From NCBI GenBank assembly GCA_025603075.1, contig MU626259.1, positions 62,001 to 126,000 of the forward strand: a stretch of 64,000 nucleotides of DNA, written 5' to 3'. Of the stretch, positions 27,612-40,120 are shown in pieces. The notes under the pieces are model-generated. The model saw only the letters and a program-made list of their open reading frames with translations, made no database searches and had not been told where the DNA came from. How positions within the stretch are numbered: position 1 is the first letter of the stretch; the number at the start of each line of letters is the position of its first letter. Position numbers and translations under genes: made by a program. This DNA is from Neoconidiobolus thromboides FSU 785. Its lineage: Eukaryota > Fungi > Entomophthoromycota.

Positions 27612-29117
27612 GGAAAGGGGTTATAGAGTAAGGTTTGATAAAAAAAAGAATAATAGTAGTATTACAAGATGTTTATTTATGTAAAGAGTGGAAATTGAAG
27701 ATATTGAATTAAATAAAAGTTATAAATGATTATAAAGTAATTGTATTATGTTTATGTTTTATTTTAGATATCAAAAGTAATTGATTTTAATGGGGTAAGT
27801 TAGATTGATATTAATTAAATGTTTCAAAGTTTATTAATGATATTGAGCTATAAAGTCAAATCGATTTATCTGTTATAAGGAGAAAATTGGAAATGGGATT
27901 CTCTGAATATTTGTTTTGATCTTTTTTTATAAAGCCTCAAATTTAAAATTGAATGTTATTTAGTATTAAATTAAGCTTATAGTTTTAAAAAATAAGAGTC
28001 AATAGTTGTAATAGTATAAAAAATATCTTATAAAAACAAAATTATTTTTAATGATAAATAGCTATTATTACAACTGATAATTTGCTACTTTTTCATAGGA
28101 ATGAATTTATAAGCTTGTTTTATAAATAAGTTAATAAGTAAGAAAAAAAATATAGAGCTATTCGAAGATTCTAATTTCATTTGTAATAATATTAGTATTT
28201 ATAAAAATTGAGATAAATTATATGATTATTATGTTAATTAAGGTAAGATAAATGTAAAACTCAGTTGATTTTTATTTTTCGCTAATTTCTTAATATAATT
28301 AATTAAAATATTGAATTAGATATTGAATTTTAAAGTTTATTGAGTTTAGTAGCCTGTAATAAGTCTATAATATATATAGCCTTTTGTTTTTTTAGGAAGA
28401 TAAATTGGTTATTTTGATTATGAAAAATATTCTATAGTTGTATTTTTATTTATAGCCATTTTTTAATTATTTAAGATTTAATAATAAAAGTAGTTAAGTA
28501 TATAAAATAAATAGAGATAAGTTTAAAAATTAGTATATTAGTTAGTAGTTAAATAGAAAACTAACTTAATATAGTCTAAAAATAAAACAAAATAGCTATA
28601 ATGTAAAAAAATATAATAGTAGTAGTTTATATTTCAAATGTTTAAAACTAAAAAATAAAAAAACTGAAATTAAAGCTATAAAACATTTAAAAAATTAAAC
28701 TACATAAATACAATATTTATTTAATAGTTTGTTAATATATAAAATAATTTATTATAAGAAAAATAATCAAATATAATTTTAATGACTGATAAATTATTAT
28801 ATAAAATCAATAAACAATAAGTAAATAAGATTATATTAAAAAGTAAAAATTCTTATAATAAATTAAATAAAAAAATAAAACTATAATAAATAAAATAGTA
28901 TTAATAGATAATATTGTTAAAAGTTTAAATTATAGAATTTATTTATAAAAGTTTTGAAAATAATTTAAAACTATTAATAGTTTTTAACAGTATCCATAAA
29001 CTTGCTTTTAAGTTTTAAGAATAAACTAAATTATTATATTTGATCTATTTTTTAATTATAAAAAATAATAAAGTTTATAATTAATTAATTAGTTAATATA
29101 GATCTAAGCTTAGATAT

Positions 29118-29591
29118 TGTACTCGTGTGAAATCCAGTACTCAGTAGTTGGAGTCAAAAGTAGTTTTTGCTTGATTGAGTAGCCATAAGTCGAAAGGTCT
29201 TAGTTTATGTGACTAAGATGGACTTGACTTATGAAGAATAGCACGTAACATACTACAGACTATATAAGATAAATAGAATAGACAATAATACTGTAAAATC
29301 TACATAATATACTATCAGAAAGGTTTAATAACTTTATTAAAGGTACGAGATATCAAGGAACAACTTAGTTAAAAAGTCCCGAGCTATTACGTTGAAGAAT
29401 CTTTTTTATACTGCAACAAGTATGGATGTCAAAACGAGAGAACAATCTTCTTTGAGACATGAAGTTAGAAATTCTCGCAGCAAACCAAAATAAGAAAATC
29501 AGGGTTGATTGTATCTGGACCCAAGAACATAACAACTTAAGTGATTGTTATGTTATAATCAATCGTAGAGCTGACAAAGCGATATTTTACA
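29118..29591. other. Hairpin-rich, more GC-rich island in an AT desert (solo LTR, retroelement relic or unannotated ncRNA)
   Basis: TGT...ACA ends, TATATAAG at 29271, several 7-10 bp stems; no TSD found. Confidence 0.4.
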
Positions 29592-30224
29592 CTTGTTAGT
29601 TAATTTTTAGATGTAATGTTGAAATTTAAAATTAACAAAAATAAACTATTTAGTATTTTTCAACTAATTAACTAAATAGCTTTATTATAGGGTATTGTTT
29701 TAAAAGTATTAAAAATAATAAAATTAAAAATTAAAAATTAAAAAAAGGTTTCAATAACTTATTAAAAAGTGTATAAAATATTTTAAAAAGCTATTTGATA
29801 TGATATAAAATTATACTAGTAATAATAAATAAAATAAATAAAAATAAATAAACAAATAAAATAAAGCATAATAAATATTTAAATAAAACATAAACTACAA
29901 AGTTAATTTTTATAATTCATATTGTTTTGTTAAACTATTTAAAACTATTAAAATTTTAAATTAAGAAATATTAGTATTCTATATAATAAATTATAATAGT
30001 TAGTAAAGATATATTTTTAAATTTTAAATTTTGTTTTTTTAGTTAAAAATTATTGATGTTATTATTAGTAATATATATTTTATATTTTATATTTAATAAA
30101 TCAAATATTTTTATTGTTTTTAAACCTGTAATATAAATAAATAATATTATATTTTAAAAAAACATTATTTTATTTCTATTTATATAAAATCGTTTTTTAA
30201 TTTGACTACCCTTTTTGTTTTTAA

Positions 30225-30285
30225 TCATTGTTTGAGTGGAAAAATTATTAATAAAACTTTTAAATACAGAAACATATCTTGATAT
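30225..30285 (-). mobile_element. MITE-A partial copy
   Basis: TTTGAGTGGAAAAATT...TAAATACAGAAACAT half element. Confidence 0.5.
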
Positions 30286-30699
30286 ATTGTTTAGTATTAA
30301 AAAATCCTAAACTAAATTCGATTTAAAATAATTACATTATAAAACTTTAAAAAGTTTGCTTTTCAATAATAAAAACTAAATACGAGTATATACTGAATTT
30401 TAACAACTATAAGTTTATAAGCTATTTAAGATTACTTGATATTTTATTTTTAATAAACAGTAAAACTCATGTTAACATAAAAAGCCTAATAATATATATT
30501 TGTTATTTGTTATCTAAGTTGAACAGAATAAAAAACTTTAAGTTATTTAAGTTGATTCACATTGAAATTAATTAACTTTAAGCAGAAAATTAAACAAAGC
30601 TAGCTTTATGGCCATTATTTATAATCTTGTTTTTATAAACTATAGTATTGATACAAGTAGATCTAGATCTAAACTTTAATAAACGATTTAACCAGATTT

Positions 30700-31900
30700 G
30701 CGTTATTTTAAAAATAGGACTAAACAAGGTTATCAGTACTTTCTGGATCCCTCAATAAACAACAGAACTTATTAGATGCTTGTATATTACCAGTGCTTAT
30801 TTACTTATAATTAAAAGTTGCTATTTTATTAATAGCAAAAAAGCAATCACTTTAAAAGCCCTTAATCAAACATTTTGCTCTTCTAGGCACTCGGTATCAA
30901 ATATTAAAAATCTTCTTTAAGTGTTGATGACCTTCCAGTACTCAGTCAATGAGTATATTTAATCAAAATTTTGAACAACTTTTTGTTATTAAATTTTAAA
31001 CTACACTTTGTTCAATTTTGATCTAATCAATAAAATTTTATCTTTTATTGTTTAGATTAAAGTAACCTAAACTAGTAATAATATCAATCTCTTTAGATAA
31101 ATTAGTATTTAAACTATTTAATTTGCTTAATAAACTTACCACTTTTATATTTTTAAGACTTGTTATGTCATCTAAACATTTGACTGCAACTTTTAGAATT
31201 TCCTATCAATGACAGATTTAGCTTTGTCAATGTGAAATTCAGTTTTTTGTTTTTAAAATTCTATAAAAAAACTTTGAACTTAATAAACTTAATACTTGTA
31301 AATTAAGACAATTCTCCTTACTACTATTCAATCTACAAGGTTGATGTCTTAACTACTTTGACTTTTTATTGACTTAATTTTATCAGTATAAAACCTACAA
31401 ATGATATCAACGTCTAAAGAAATTTTGCATGTCATATCCACTTTAAATTGTCCAGTTTGTTCAATTTGTTCAATTCGTTCAATCTGATTGATTTTTCTAT
31501 AATTGATTGATTTCCTTAGCTGATAAAAATCAGATAATTTGCATTCTATAAGCAATTTCTTTAATTCTGGTAAATTGATCAATGATGTTGTATCGAATCT
31601 ACTTTGCTTATTACCATATGTAATTAATTTTACAAGTTGACATTTATTTATCAAATCAATGTTGTTTGCGCTTACAATTATATGATCTACTTTCCCTAGA
31701 TTATCTTCAATAAACTCATTCTGGCAATTGTTGAAAGTTGTGTTTGTGTAACGTGAACAAACTGTATCTAATGAAATAATTAAATCAAATTTTGTCCTTA
31801 ATTCTTTATTTAGATATCTGAATTCAAATAAGTCTAAAGAATCCAAATAGTTTAACTATTATTTTAATATGAACATAGAATGCGTCGCCCTTGCTAATCT
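30700..31900 (-). pseudogene. F-box/LRR-like pseudogene
   Basis: ...K**LNYLDSLDLFEFRYLNKELR is F-box-like, followed by LRR-like LPELKKLLIE; stops upstream and downstream. Confidence 0.5.
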
Positions 31901-32822
31901 TGAAATCGACATTTTAACCTTAAACTTAAGTAGTGATTTTTTAGTCCTTTTATACTTTATTTTTTAAATTGTCAAATAGGAATTTAATTGAGTTCATTTA
32001 ATTTATATACCAATTTTCATTAGTTACTACCACAGTCTATTAGACTGTTTATTATCATTGTTACAAACTTCTGTTTGACATTCAGCTGCTTCTTCTAAGA
32101 TTATAGATCCCTTTATTATGGCCTCTTAATCTTATTTTTTATTATAGTACTGCTTAAATTAGCTACTAAGCTTTAAGCCACTCCATCATCCTCATCACAT
32201 TCTTTAACAATTATATCTGGGTCCAATTGTGTTTTTAGTGCTATCAGTAATTTATTATTTGATCTATTCTATCAGCTATATAAACTGCTGCTTCGTTTTT
32301 ACTGGTTAATAATGACCTTTTGTGTTATTTATAATTATAAAACAAGTGATGTAAAGTATCTTGATCATAAGTATCTTTTTAGATTTAGAAGAATAATACA
32401 ACAACTGTATAGTAGAAGCACATAAAACTGACTTTTCTTAACTGAATTTAATAGCTTAAGCTATCTCTACATTTAAGTCATTTTTTAGTCATTATACAGA
32501 GATGTGTTTTTTCTACTTTTTTGAAATATTGCTCTAGATAATGACTTTCTTGATTTAAAACCTTTTTTATTATTGCTTCAACTAAACAATGAATTTCAGC
32601 TCAGATTTTGCAAACATCATAATGTCAAGCAAGCTTTAAGAAATAAGTTTAAATCCAATATTGGTTTTTTGTTTGTATAACAACTTATTTTGGTCATTAT
32701 TGGTGTCAATATTTTGGCTGGGTTTGAATTAAAAGAAGGTTATTTATTAACTGAGAGCATTATAGACATGTTAATATGTTCGCTTTCAAGCTAGGTAATT
32801 TGAATTTTTTTTAAATTGAAGC

Positions 32823-32929
32823 ATATGGTGATGTATTTTTGTATTTAAGAATCTTACTAACAAATTTTCCACTTAAATAGCACTTAAAAAATGGAAAAAA
32901 TAATGAAGTCAAAAAAGACACTCCCATAT
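32823..32929 (+). mobile_element. MITE-A copy
   Basis: 2 differences from 39421-39527. Confidence 0.9.
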
Positions 32930-32999
32930 GCTTGTGATTTATTAATAGCAAAGATGAAGTTTGAGTGATCCTTAAACAAAGACAGAACGTCAGTTACTG

Positions 33000-33344
33000 T
33001 AGGTTTAAGTAAGCCATTTGAGGAATTAGACTAAAAGTTTAAATCTGAATTGTTAGACTTGACTTTAAACAATGAAAAAAGGGAGCCAGTTTTTCAATAA
33101 TCAACTATAAACGCCCACAGTAAAGCAAAGAAGGTTTAAGGGAATCAGGATTGAAGGATAGTTTAGTATGGTGTGATTGGATAGAGCGAGAGATTAAATT
33201 TAAGATAGTAAAGATAATAAATAGGAGAGTATCGGAAATTATGCAATATAATAAAATATTCAGATTGTATAGAATGGTATTTATATTTATATTAGGAACT
33301 GTAGTGCTTAGTCCAATACTACCAGTACTAATCACTCCTGCCAT
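33000..33344 (-). pseudogene. 7-TM receptor fragment (TM1-TM2)
   Basis: LYCIISDTLLFIIF resembles LICLIISDSVPFVVF of 9579-10469; premature stop, MITE downstream. Confidence 0.4.
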
Positions 33345-34085
33345 AACTTTTTTAATCTAGTTTACAAAATAGACTTCTATGAATTTATTTTCATTGACTA
33401 CTTTCACTTTATTAATTGAAGAGACAGAATTTTAAACTTTGATTATAATACTTTTAATATCCTTAAAACAATATTCTCTGATAGAGTTATTTGATTAACT
33501 AAATGAAAATCATTTTAAAGATATCTCTATCAACTTCAGATTTTGGTATTAAACTTAAAAATTTAGAAGTGTCTTCATCCTTCATGGTTTATTATGATTG
33601 AAACTCTCAGCAGGTTGATCTCATTTAGTAAAGTATATTACGCTAGATAATTCCTTTGGTCACCGCCAGTAGCTAATAAATACAACAGGTGTAATAATTC
33701 GGAGTCCGCTTTTTAAGGCTTAGGAGCAAGTTTATAAATACCATTAAAAATTTTCGATAACTTTAAGTTGATTTTCAAAAAATTTTATAAGCAAACTTAT
33801 TTTGTGTAGTCCAAACTCTCGGTACCAGTATCTATTAATACTGCTCCATTTACTACGACCATATTTTTTCTACTTCAATCTCAAAGTCCACATTCGATGA
33901 TAATCAACCATTAAATTAAAACAATAGCAATAATTTTATTGAAAAAATAGAAAGTTAATAAAGTTGAAAAAAGGGACAAATTAAGTTTTATAGTAGTACA
34001 GTTCAAATCAATTTTGGGACCATGTAGGCTTTAAGTAATAGTAATTGTTTTTACTTAACCTATCACCATAATAATTCCAGGGCAT

Positions 34086-34547
34086 TTAAACGAGGACAGT
34101 AGAAGATTCTGGATTTGGTTCAAAAACAATGGAAATGTCAACACTTCTTTCCACCATAAAAGGTTTCACAGGCAACACTCTAATTCTATTAAAAGAACTA
34201 ATAACATTTTTTGATAGTGTTTCAAACGATTTTGAAAACAACGGAGTCCATAAAATCTTTTTGACTAACTTTGTATCTGTATAGTGTTCTATTACTTTAT
34301 AACAACCCCAAATTGTAGTTAGATGACTTTTTAATTCAATTAAATACTCTTTGTCATCTAAAGCATAAACAGAATCATAAATACATTCTTCTTTCATTTG
34401 TATAATAAATCGTTTTTGTTCAATTAAGGACTGTTGGATTGTTTTTAATTGTTTGTGAATGATAATGTTGTTGTGTTGTAATAAAATTAAATCAATTGTA
34501 TTTTGTATCTTTTCTAAAATACTATAACAACAGTAGTTTGTCTCCAT
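34086..34547 (-). CDS. Helical-bundle orphan family, paralogue 1
   Basis: Family motif DSVYAL...YLIEL...RVLPVKP; close to 53720-54202. Confidence 0.8.
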   Translation of the reverse strand: METNYCCYSILEKIQNTIDLILLQHNNIIIHKQLKTIQQSLIEQKRFIIQMKEECIYDSVYALDDKEYLIELKSHLTTIWGCYKVIEHYTDTKLVKKILWTPLFSKSFETLSKNVISSFNRIRVLPVKPFMVERSVDISIVFEPNPESSTVLV

Positions 34548-35408
34548 TTCCTATTCGATTTTTTTATTTGTTTATTATTGTTTATTTATTTCCTTTTTAT
34601 ATCTTTTACTTTATACAAGGTTTTTATATAAAGCGAGCCGATTTTACCTGATAGTTTGGATTAAGGAACTAAGTCATTTAGGCATTAAAGTTCTTCCAAC
34701 TATATTGAAGCCTAATTAACTGCTCATTTAAGAAATATGCTCAAGTAATAATCTATCAAAAAAATAAACATCAAGCCTTAAAAATCTAGTATATAGATAG
34801 ATTAATTACAAAATTCACCGTTAATAAAGTCGTAAAAGAGTTGTAACAGCTGCAATGTCAGTTTAACCTTAATTTGATCCAGAAGTTAGTTGATTAGGTA
34901 AATTCGATTTCAAAAAATTTTGAAATCTTTATCATTATCTATTTAAAATAATATTATATCAATTGCTATAATTCGCTATTGAAAAAAGTTTTAACAAATT
35001 GAACCTAAAATAGAAATTTACAACATTTAATAAAAGCTATTCAACTTCCTTTATTTCCCGATTGCAGTCTAAAGACCCCATCAGTAAAGTTTACAAATTT
35101 AAAGTTCTTTGCAATTCATCTTCTACCATGTGCAAAACAAGAATTGTCAAAAAACAAGTACTCTAAATTCATTAAAGCCTTAACCATTCGCTTTATAAGC
35201 TTCTGAATAGTATTTGACCATATACCAGTCTTGGATATAATTTATTTTACCTGTCTTTATTTAATAACTTGTTTGTTTAAAATTTGGAATCTCGAATGTA
35301 GATTGTTTAATACTCATTATATCGCATAAATTGCTATTTTTGTGTTTTTATCCAACAGTTGCTTAGCTAAGATTTAACCTAGACCTTATTTAAGTTTTAA
35401 GCGTGTTA

Positions 35409-35638
35409 AAAAGTAGTCAAAGTTTTACAACAAATTCAATTTGTTATCAGTTCCTGTTAAAAATTTGGGATTGATCTATGATCATTTTTGCATAATTTAT
35501 GAGGTAAAAAAAAACCGACCAATTAAAATTAGTGCGTGAATTTAAGTTTACTGATGTAAAAATGATCATAGATCAATCCCAAATTTTTAACAGGAACTGA
35601 TAACAAATTGAATTTGTTGTAAAACTTTGATTACTTTT
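35409..35638. mobile_element. Foldback element, 85-bp arms and 60-bp spacer
   Basis: 83/85 Watson-Crick pairs plus 2 G-T between 35409-35493 and 35554-35638. Confidence 0.8.
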
Positions 35639-35908
35639 ACTTTGTTTTTTAAATATAATATTAAATAACCCATAAGTAAAGACTTTTTATAAAAGTAAAA
35701 ACAATAAATCTTTAAACGTAAAAATTTAAATATAAAATTAAATCTATAACATTATTATTGATTAAAACATATTTAATAATTTTAAATTTGAGTAGAATTT
35801 AAGAAACTATTGTAAATTAGTTAAATAGTTTATCATTTTAATTTGCTCCGAAAATTTTCACTACCTAATTAAAAGACATTATTTTCCTTTTTGATCTCCA
35901 TAATCAAT

Positions 35909-36012
35909 AAATGGGGGTGTTTTTTTGGTTTCATTACTTTTTTCATCTTTTAACTACTATTTGGGCGGAAAAACTGTTAGTAAATTGTTAAATAAAAAAT
36001 ACATCCTCAAAT
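35909..36012 (-). mobile_element. MITE-A copy
   Basis: Reverse match to the consensus. Confidence 0.8.
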
Positions 36013-36217
36013 ATAGTAGAAAATAGCTATTACTATGTCTTTTATATATAATTACCTAGTTAAAGTATAAATAAGGTTTTTTAATATAACAACTTAAGCC
36101 CTTTAATCAAATTATTTTCTAATATATATTTTTAAAGTTATTAGCTTTTTTTTAGTATTTCATATAAATTTTATAATATCATCTATTTTATTTGTTCTGT
36201 AGAGTCTGTGGTCTATT

Positions 36218-36268
36218 ATATGGGGATATATTTTTATGTTCAAGAATTTCCCTGATAACTTTTCCATA
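36218..36268 (+). mobile_element. MITE-A 5' half
   Basis: ATATGGGGATATATTTTTATGTTCAAGAATTT. Confidence 0.5.
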
Positions 36269-36525
36269 CAATCTAATAAATCAACATTTATTTAAAAATT
36301 AAAAATTAATTATTATTATATTACTGATATTAATTATGTGATTCTAAATTTGAATAAATTTTAAAGATGTAATATAGAAAATAAAACTTATTACCAGAAT
36401 TTTAATATTGACAACATTAATTTAATTAAAATATTTTATAATTAAAAAACTTAAATTTTTTCTAAGTTTTTTCTAAATTGTTCAAAAGTTTGCTTTAATT
36501 TTTTGTAACTAAAATTATGTTTAGG

Positions 36526-36628
36526 TTATGGGGGTGTTTTTTTTTAGTTTCATTATTTTTCCATTTTTTAAGCGCTATTTGAGTAGAAAGATTGTAATAA
36601 AATTCTTAGAAAAAATACATACCCTTAT
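36526..36628 (-). mobile_element. MITE-A copy
   Basis: Reverse match to the consensus. Confidence 0.8.
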
Positions 36629-36824
36629 TTTAAATTTAAACATGAAAATTTTTTTAATGATAAACTTAAATAACAAAAATTTTTGCTTTTATTATTATTT
36701 TAAATATTTAGTATTGAAAAAATTATTTAATAAAAATCTATAAAATATTATAAACCAGATATAAAAAAACACTTTCTATTTTTAATTATTTTTGAAATAA
36801 AATATTTTAAAATATTTAACAATT

Positions 36825-36925
36825 ACATGAGGATGTATTTTTTGCTTAACAATTTTACTAATAATTTTTCTGCTTAAATAGTACTTAAGATGAAAAAAGT
36901 AATGAAAAAATACATCCACCTATAT
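36825..36925 (+). mobile_element. MITE-A copy (diverged)
   Basis: Match to the consensus. Confidence 0.7.
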
Positions 36926-37364
36926 TAATCTTAACTTTTGATTAATATTATATATTTATAATAAATTAAATACAAAATTATTATTAAGACTATTATTTAT
37001 TAAACTACATAATTTGAAGTATATTATTAAAATATATTAAAAATATTTATAACACTAAAGTGAAATTTATTTATCCAGACTTCGCTGCTAAAAGTTAATA
37101 AGGATAATTGTTAAAGCACTCAAAAGATCAAATGACTATTTGAGCATTAATAAACTAATAAAACATAATCATCATTTTACTTTAAATAAAAATTTAATAT
37201 GAGAAAAAAAAACTAAATAAACATATTAGAAAATTATCAAAATACTTAACTTAAACATATACAGGGTGCTTTTAAGTCAAAGAGAAAGTTTTTGTTGTGA
37301 TGAATCTGTCTAATAAAGTCCTTTTCAATTGACTCAAAAGTATATAATAAATAATTTCAAAAAA

Positions 37365-37437
37365 TGCTCCGTATAGGGCTTGAACCTATGACCTTAGCGT
37401 TATTAGCACCACGCTCTGCCAACTGAGCTAACGGAGC
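37365..37437 (-). tRNA. tRNA-Ile(AAT), identical to 15756-15828
   Basis: Reverse complement matches the first copy base for base. Confidence 0.95.
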
Positions 37438-38325
37438 CTAGAAGTTGTTTTTTGTTTTTAGAATAAATATATATTATTCTAAAAACATATAATTAACCGA
37501 AATGCTAAAATACATAATCATAGGCTTTTGATTAAGTATCAATAGACTCTACAAGAGTTTAAAAAAATGTTATCAGCAGTTTTGATAGGATTTCATTAAT
37601 TTGTCATAGTCCTTAATTAAATATTTCATGTTAATAATGATAGTTTAATCCATCCAGACTTGTTCGAGATGGGCTGGAAATTTATCTGGTTTAGATTGAA
37701 GATTATACTCTCCATATCTAAAGTTCTACAGTTTACTAATTGTTTAAAGAATAATATTATATCTAATTCTTTGAATTGAAATCTTCGCTAACATGTCAAG
37801 TAATGTATTAATTCTTGTTTAACATTAAAATTGACGCTTCTAATTTGTTTTAAGAATAAAGTTACCAAATATAAAAGATAGGTTATTAAATTTAAAAAAA
37901 TAGAAAATAAGATCAATATTCCGAATTCTGTAACCAAGTTCATAATATTAATAAGGTGTAACTATAATACATTGATATTCTATATATTGGATAGTTATGG
38001 TTTACTATATTTCCTTATAGCTTATTGAAATGTATTAAAAACAATGAAGTTACTTAGAATGGTAACTATGATCAATATTTATTTATAGAATCGACTTAAA
38101 TTTAATAAATGAAGTTACCTCAGCCTGGGCCATAAAATTTAAATTCTTTAATTGATGAATAAATATAATTTAGAATAAGCGTATATGTTTGTAAATTCAA
38201 GTATAAAAATAAAAGATATAAATAAGAGATCTTTTATTGATAGTTTTAATTTAAAACTCTTATTTTTTAATTTTTTTATTATGATTACTAATATCCTTTC
38301 AACTACCATTGATAATAATAATATC

Positions 38326-38769
38326 ATGAATAATATTAAATGTATATTAGAAGACATTGAGATATCAATCAAAAGAATTTTAAAAGAAATTAATAATATA
38401 AAATTATATCATCAAATAGATTATATAAACAATAGTGAACTGAAACTTATTAAAGAAGAATTAGATGAGCAACAGAAGCTAATAGTCGATATTAAAGATA
38501 ATTATTTATTAGATCAAGTCTATGATTTCGAAAAAAAAGAATATTATTTATTGTTATTAGATTATTATAATTTAATAGTATCTTTTCAAAATATATTATC
38601 ATTTTATTGGAATACTAATAATTTGTTGGATTTTAGACAAAATCAAACTTTTAAACATTCGTTTAATATTTTAAATGGTAAATTAATTGATAAGTTTAAT
38701 AAGGTTAGAGTATTACCTGTCAAACCCTACTTGGTTAAAAGAGATTTTAGTCTGAGTTATTGTGTTTAA
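38326..38769 (+). CDS. Helical-bundle orphan family, paralogue 2 (ORF open from 38185; start at 38326 inferred)
   Basis: DQVYDF..KEYY...RVLPVKPYLVKRDF. Confidence 0.75.
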   Translation: MNNIKCILEDIEISIKRILKEINNIKLYHQIDYINNSELKLIKEELDEQQKLIVDIKDNYLLDQVYDFEKKEYYLLLLDYYNLIVSFQNILSFYWNTNNLLDFRQNQTFKHSFNILNGKLIDKFNKVRVLPVKPYLVKRDFSLSYCV

Positions 38770-39210
38770 AGTGGATGACTTTCTTATAATAGGTTTAGCC
38801 TTTCTAATGACATTCAATTAAGAATATTCTTTTTAAGTGATAATTCCGTCTTTATTATATGATTTTACAAATGTTCAAAACAGTATTCTTTCAAAATAAG
38901 CAGTGCTTCAGGAATTTCATATGCTGGATAACAGGAGTTTGATCCAAGGTTATTTTTTTCCCCTATTTTGTACTACTATCTTAGCTATCTTTAATGATAG
39001 ATAAATCCCTCTATTTTACTAATCCTTTCCTAACGCATACTTCTATTCTTAGAGTCTTTTAATAAGTTGAATTTCATCAATAATCAATTTTTATTTCTCT
39101 CCTATATTTATGTTGAGTATTCGATATTTCATTAAAGATATAAATTTTATGAAAATCTTTTTTATTTTTTAAAGTTATATATTTTTACTACAATAAATAA
39201 ATTGCAAGAT

Positions 39211-39303
39211 ACATGGAGCTGTATTTTTTAAGAATTTTACTGACAATCTTTCTACTTGAATAGCACTTAAAATAAAAATGAAATCAAAAAGACATCCCTG
39301 TAT
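39211..39303 (+). mobile_element. MITE-A copy (deleted, diverged)
   Basis: Match to the consensus. Confidence 0.7.
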
Positions 39304-39420
39304 CTTCTCTATTAAGCTATTTTTGTCCATTTTACCAAGCATAATTTAAAAAGCTGCTAATTAAATCTGTGAAACAAAGGATACAATTTTGTATTTATAT
39401 TAATAAATATAAATTAAAGA

Positions 39421-39527
39421 ATATGGGGATGTATTTTTGTATTTAAGAATCTTACTAACAAATTTTCCACTCAAATAGCACTTAAAAAATGGAAAAAATA
39501 ATGAAGTCAAAAAAGACACTCCCATAT
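39421..39527 (+). mobile_element. MITE-A copy
   Basis: ATATGGGGATGT...CTCCCATAT. Confidence 0.9.
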
Positions 39528-39716
39528 CATGTTTGAAGTCATGTCAAATTAAAGTTGAATATTTACAAATAATGGATCAACATAGTTACTTTGCTCAAAG
39601 CAACATAAAAAAGATAGGAATAAGTGTATTGTTTTTTGTATCTTGTTTATTAATTACCAACATCGTTAAAATTATAGGTTTATATTATAGCAAAAACCGA
39701 AGGAGCAAGAAGAAAA

Positions 39717-39790
39717 GCTCGTATGGCGCAATTGGCTAGCGCGTTCGACTGTTAATCGAGAGGTTGCTGGTTCGATCCCAGCTATGAGCG
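39717..39790 (+). tRNA. tRNA-Asn(GTT)
   Basis: 74-nt cloverleaf GCTCGTA...CTGTTAA...GTTCGATCC...TATGAGCG. Confidence 0.95.
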
Positions 39791-40120
39791 TATAATTTTA
39801 TCTATTTTTGTCCCTTATGTTTCCATCTCTGCTAATAATAGAGCTTTATAGGTCAATTCCCTTAGTTTTTTTTTGAAAAAAAAGATCGAGTATTATCCAT
39901 AGCTTGGAACTTTTTGTTTCTTTCATTAACCTGGAATATGTTTTATATTTATTTATTTTTGACTATTAATAAAACATTTAGGATTATTGATATTTTCAAG
40001 GATTTAAAAATACTCGATATTTAAAAACAAAGATAAAATAAAATATTTTTTTATTAAACACGGATATAATCTTTAAAAGTGAAGGAAATTCGTAGAATTA
40101 GATTGTTTTAAAGAAATTAT

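Noticed and set aside
29260-29490. Group I intron motifs (ACAGACTA, AAGATA, TCGCAGC)
   Set aside because: P/Q/R/S elements are out of order, P7 pairing is not found, and there is no host gene
34900-35405. SDR pseudogene next to the foldback
   Set aside because: Only weak motif resemblance (GLG, LEYLFFDN) through many stops; not enough to call
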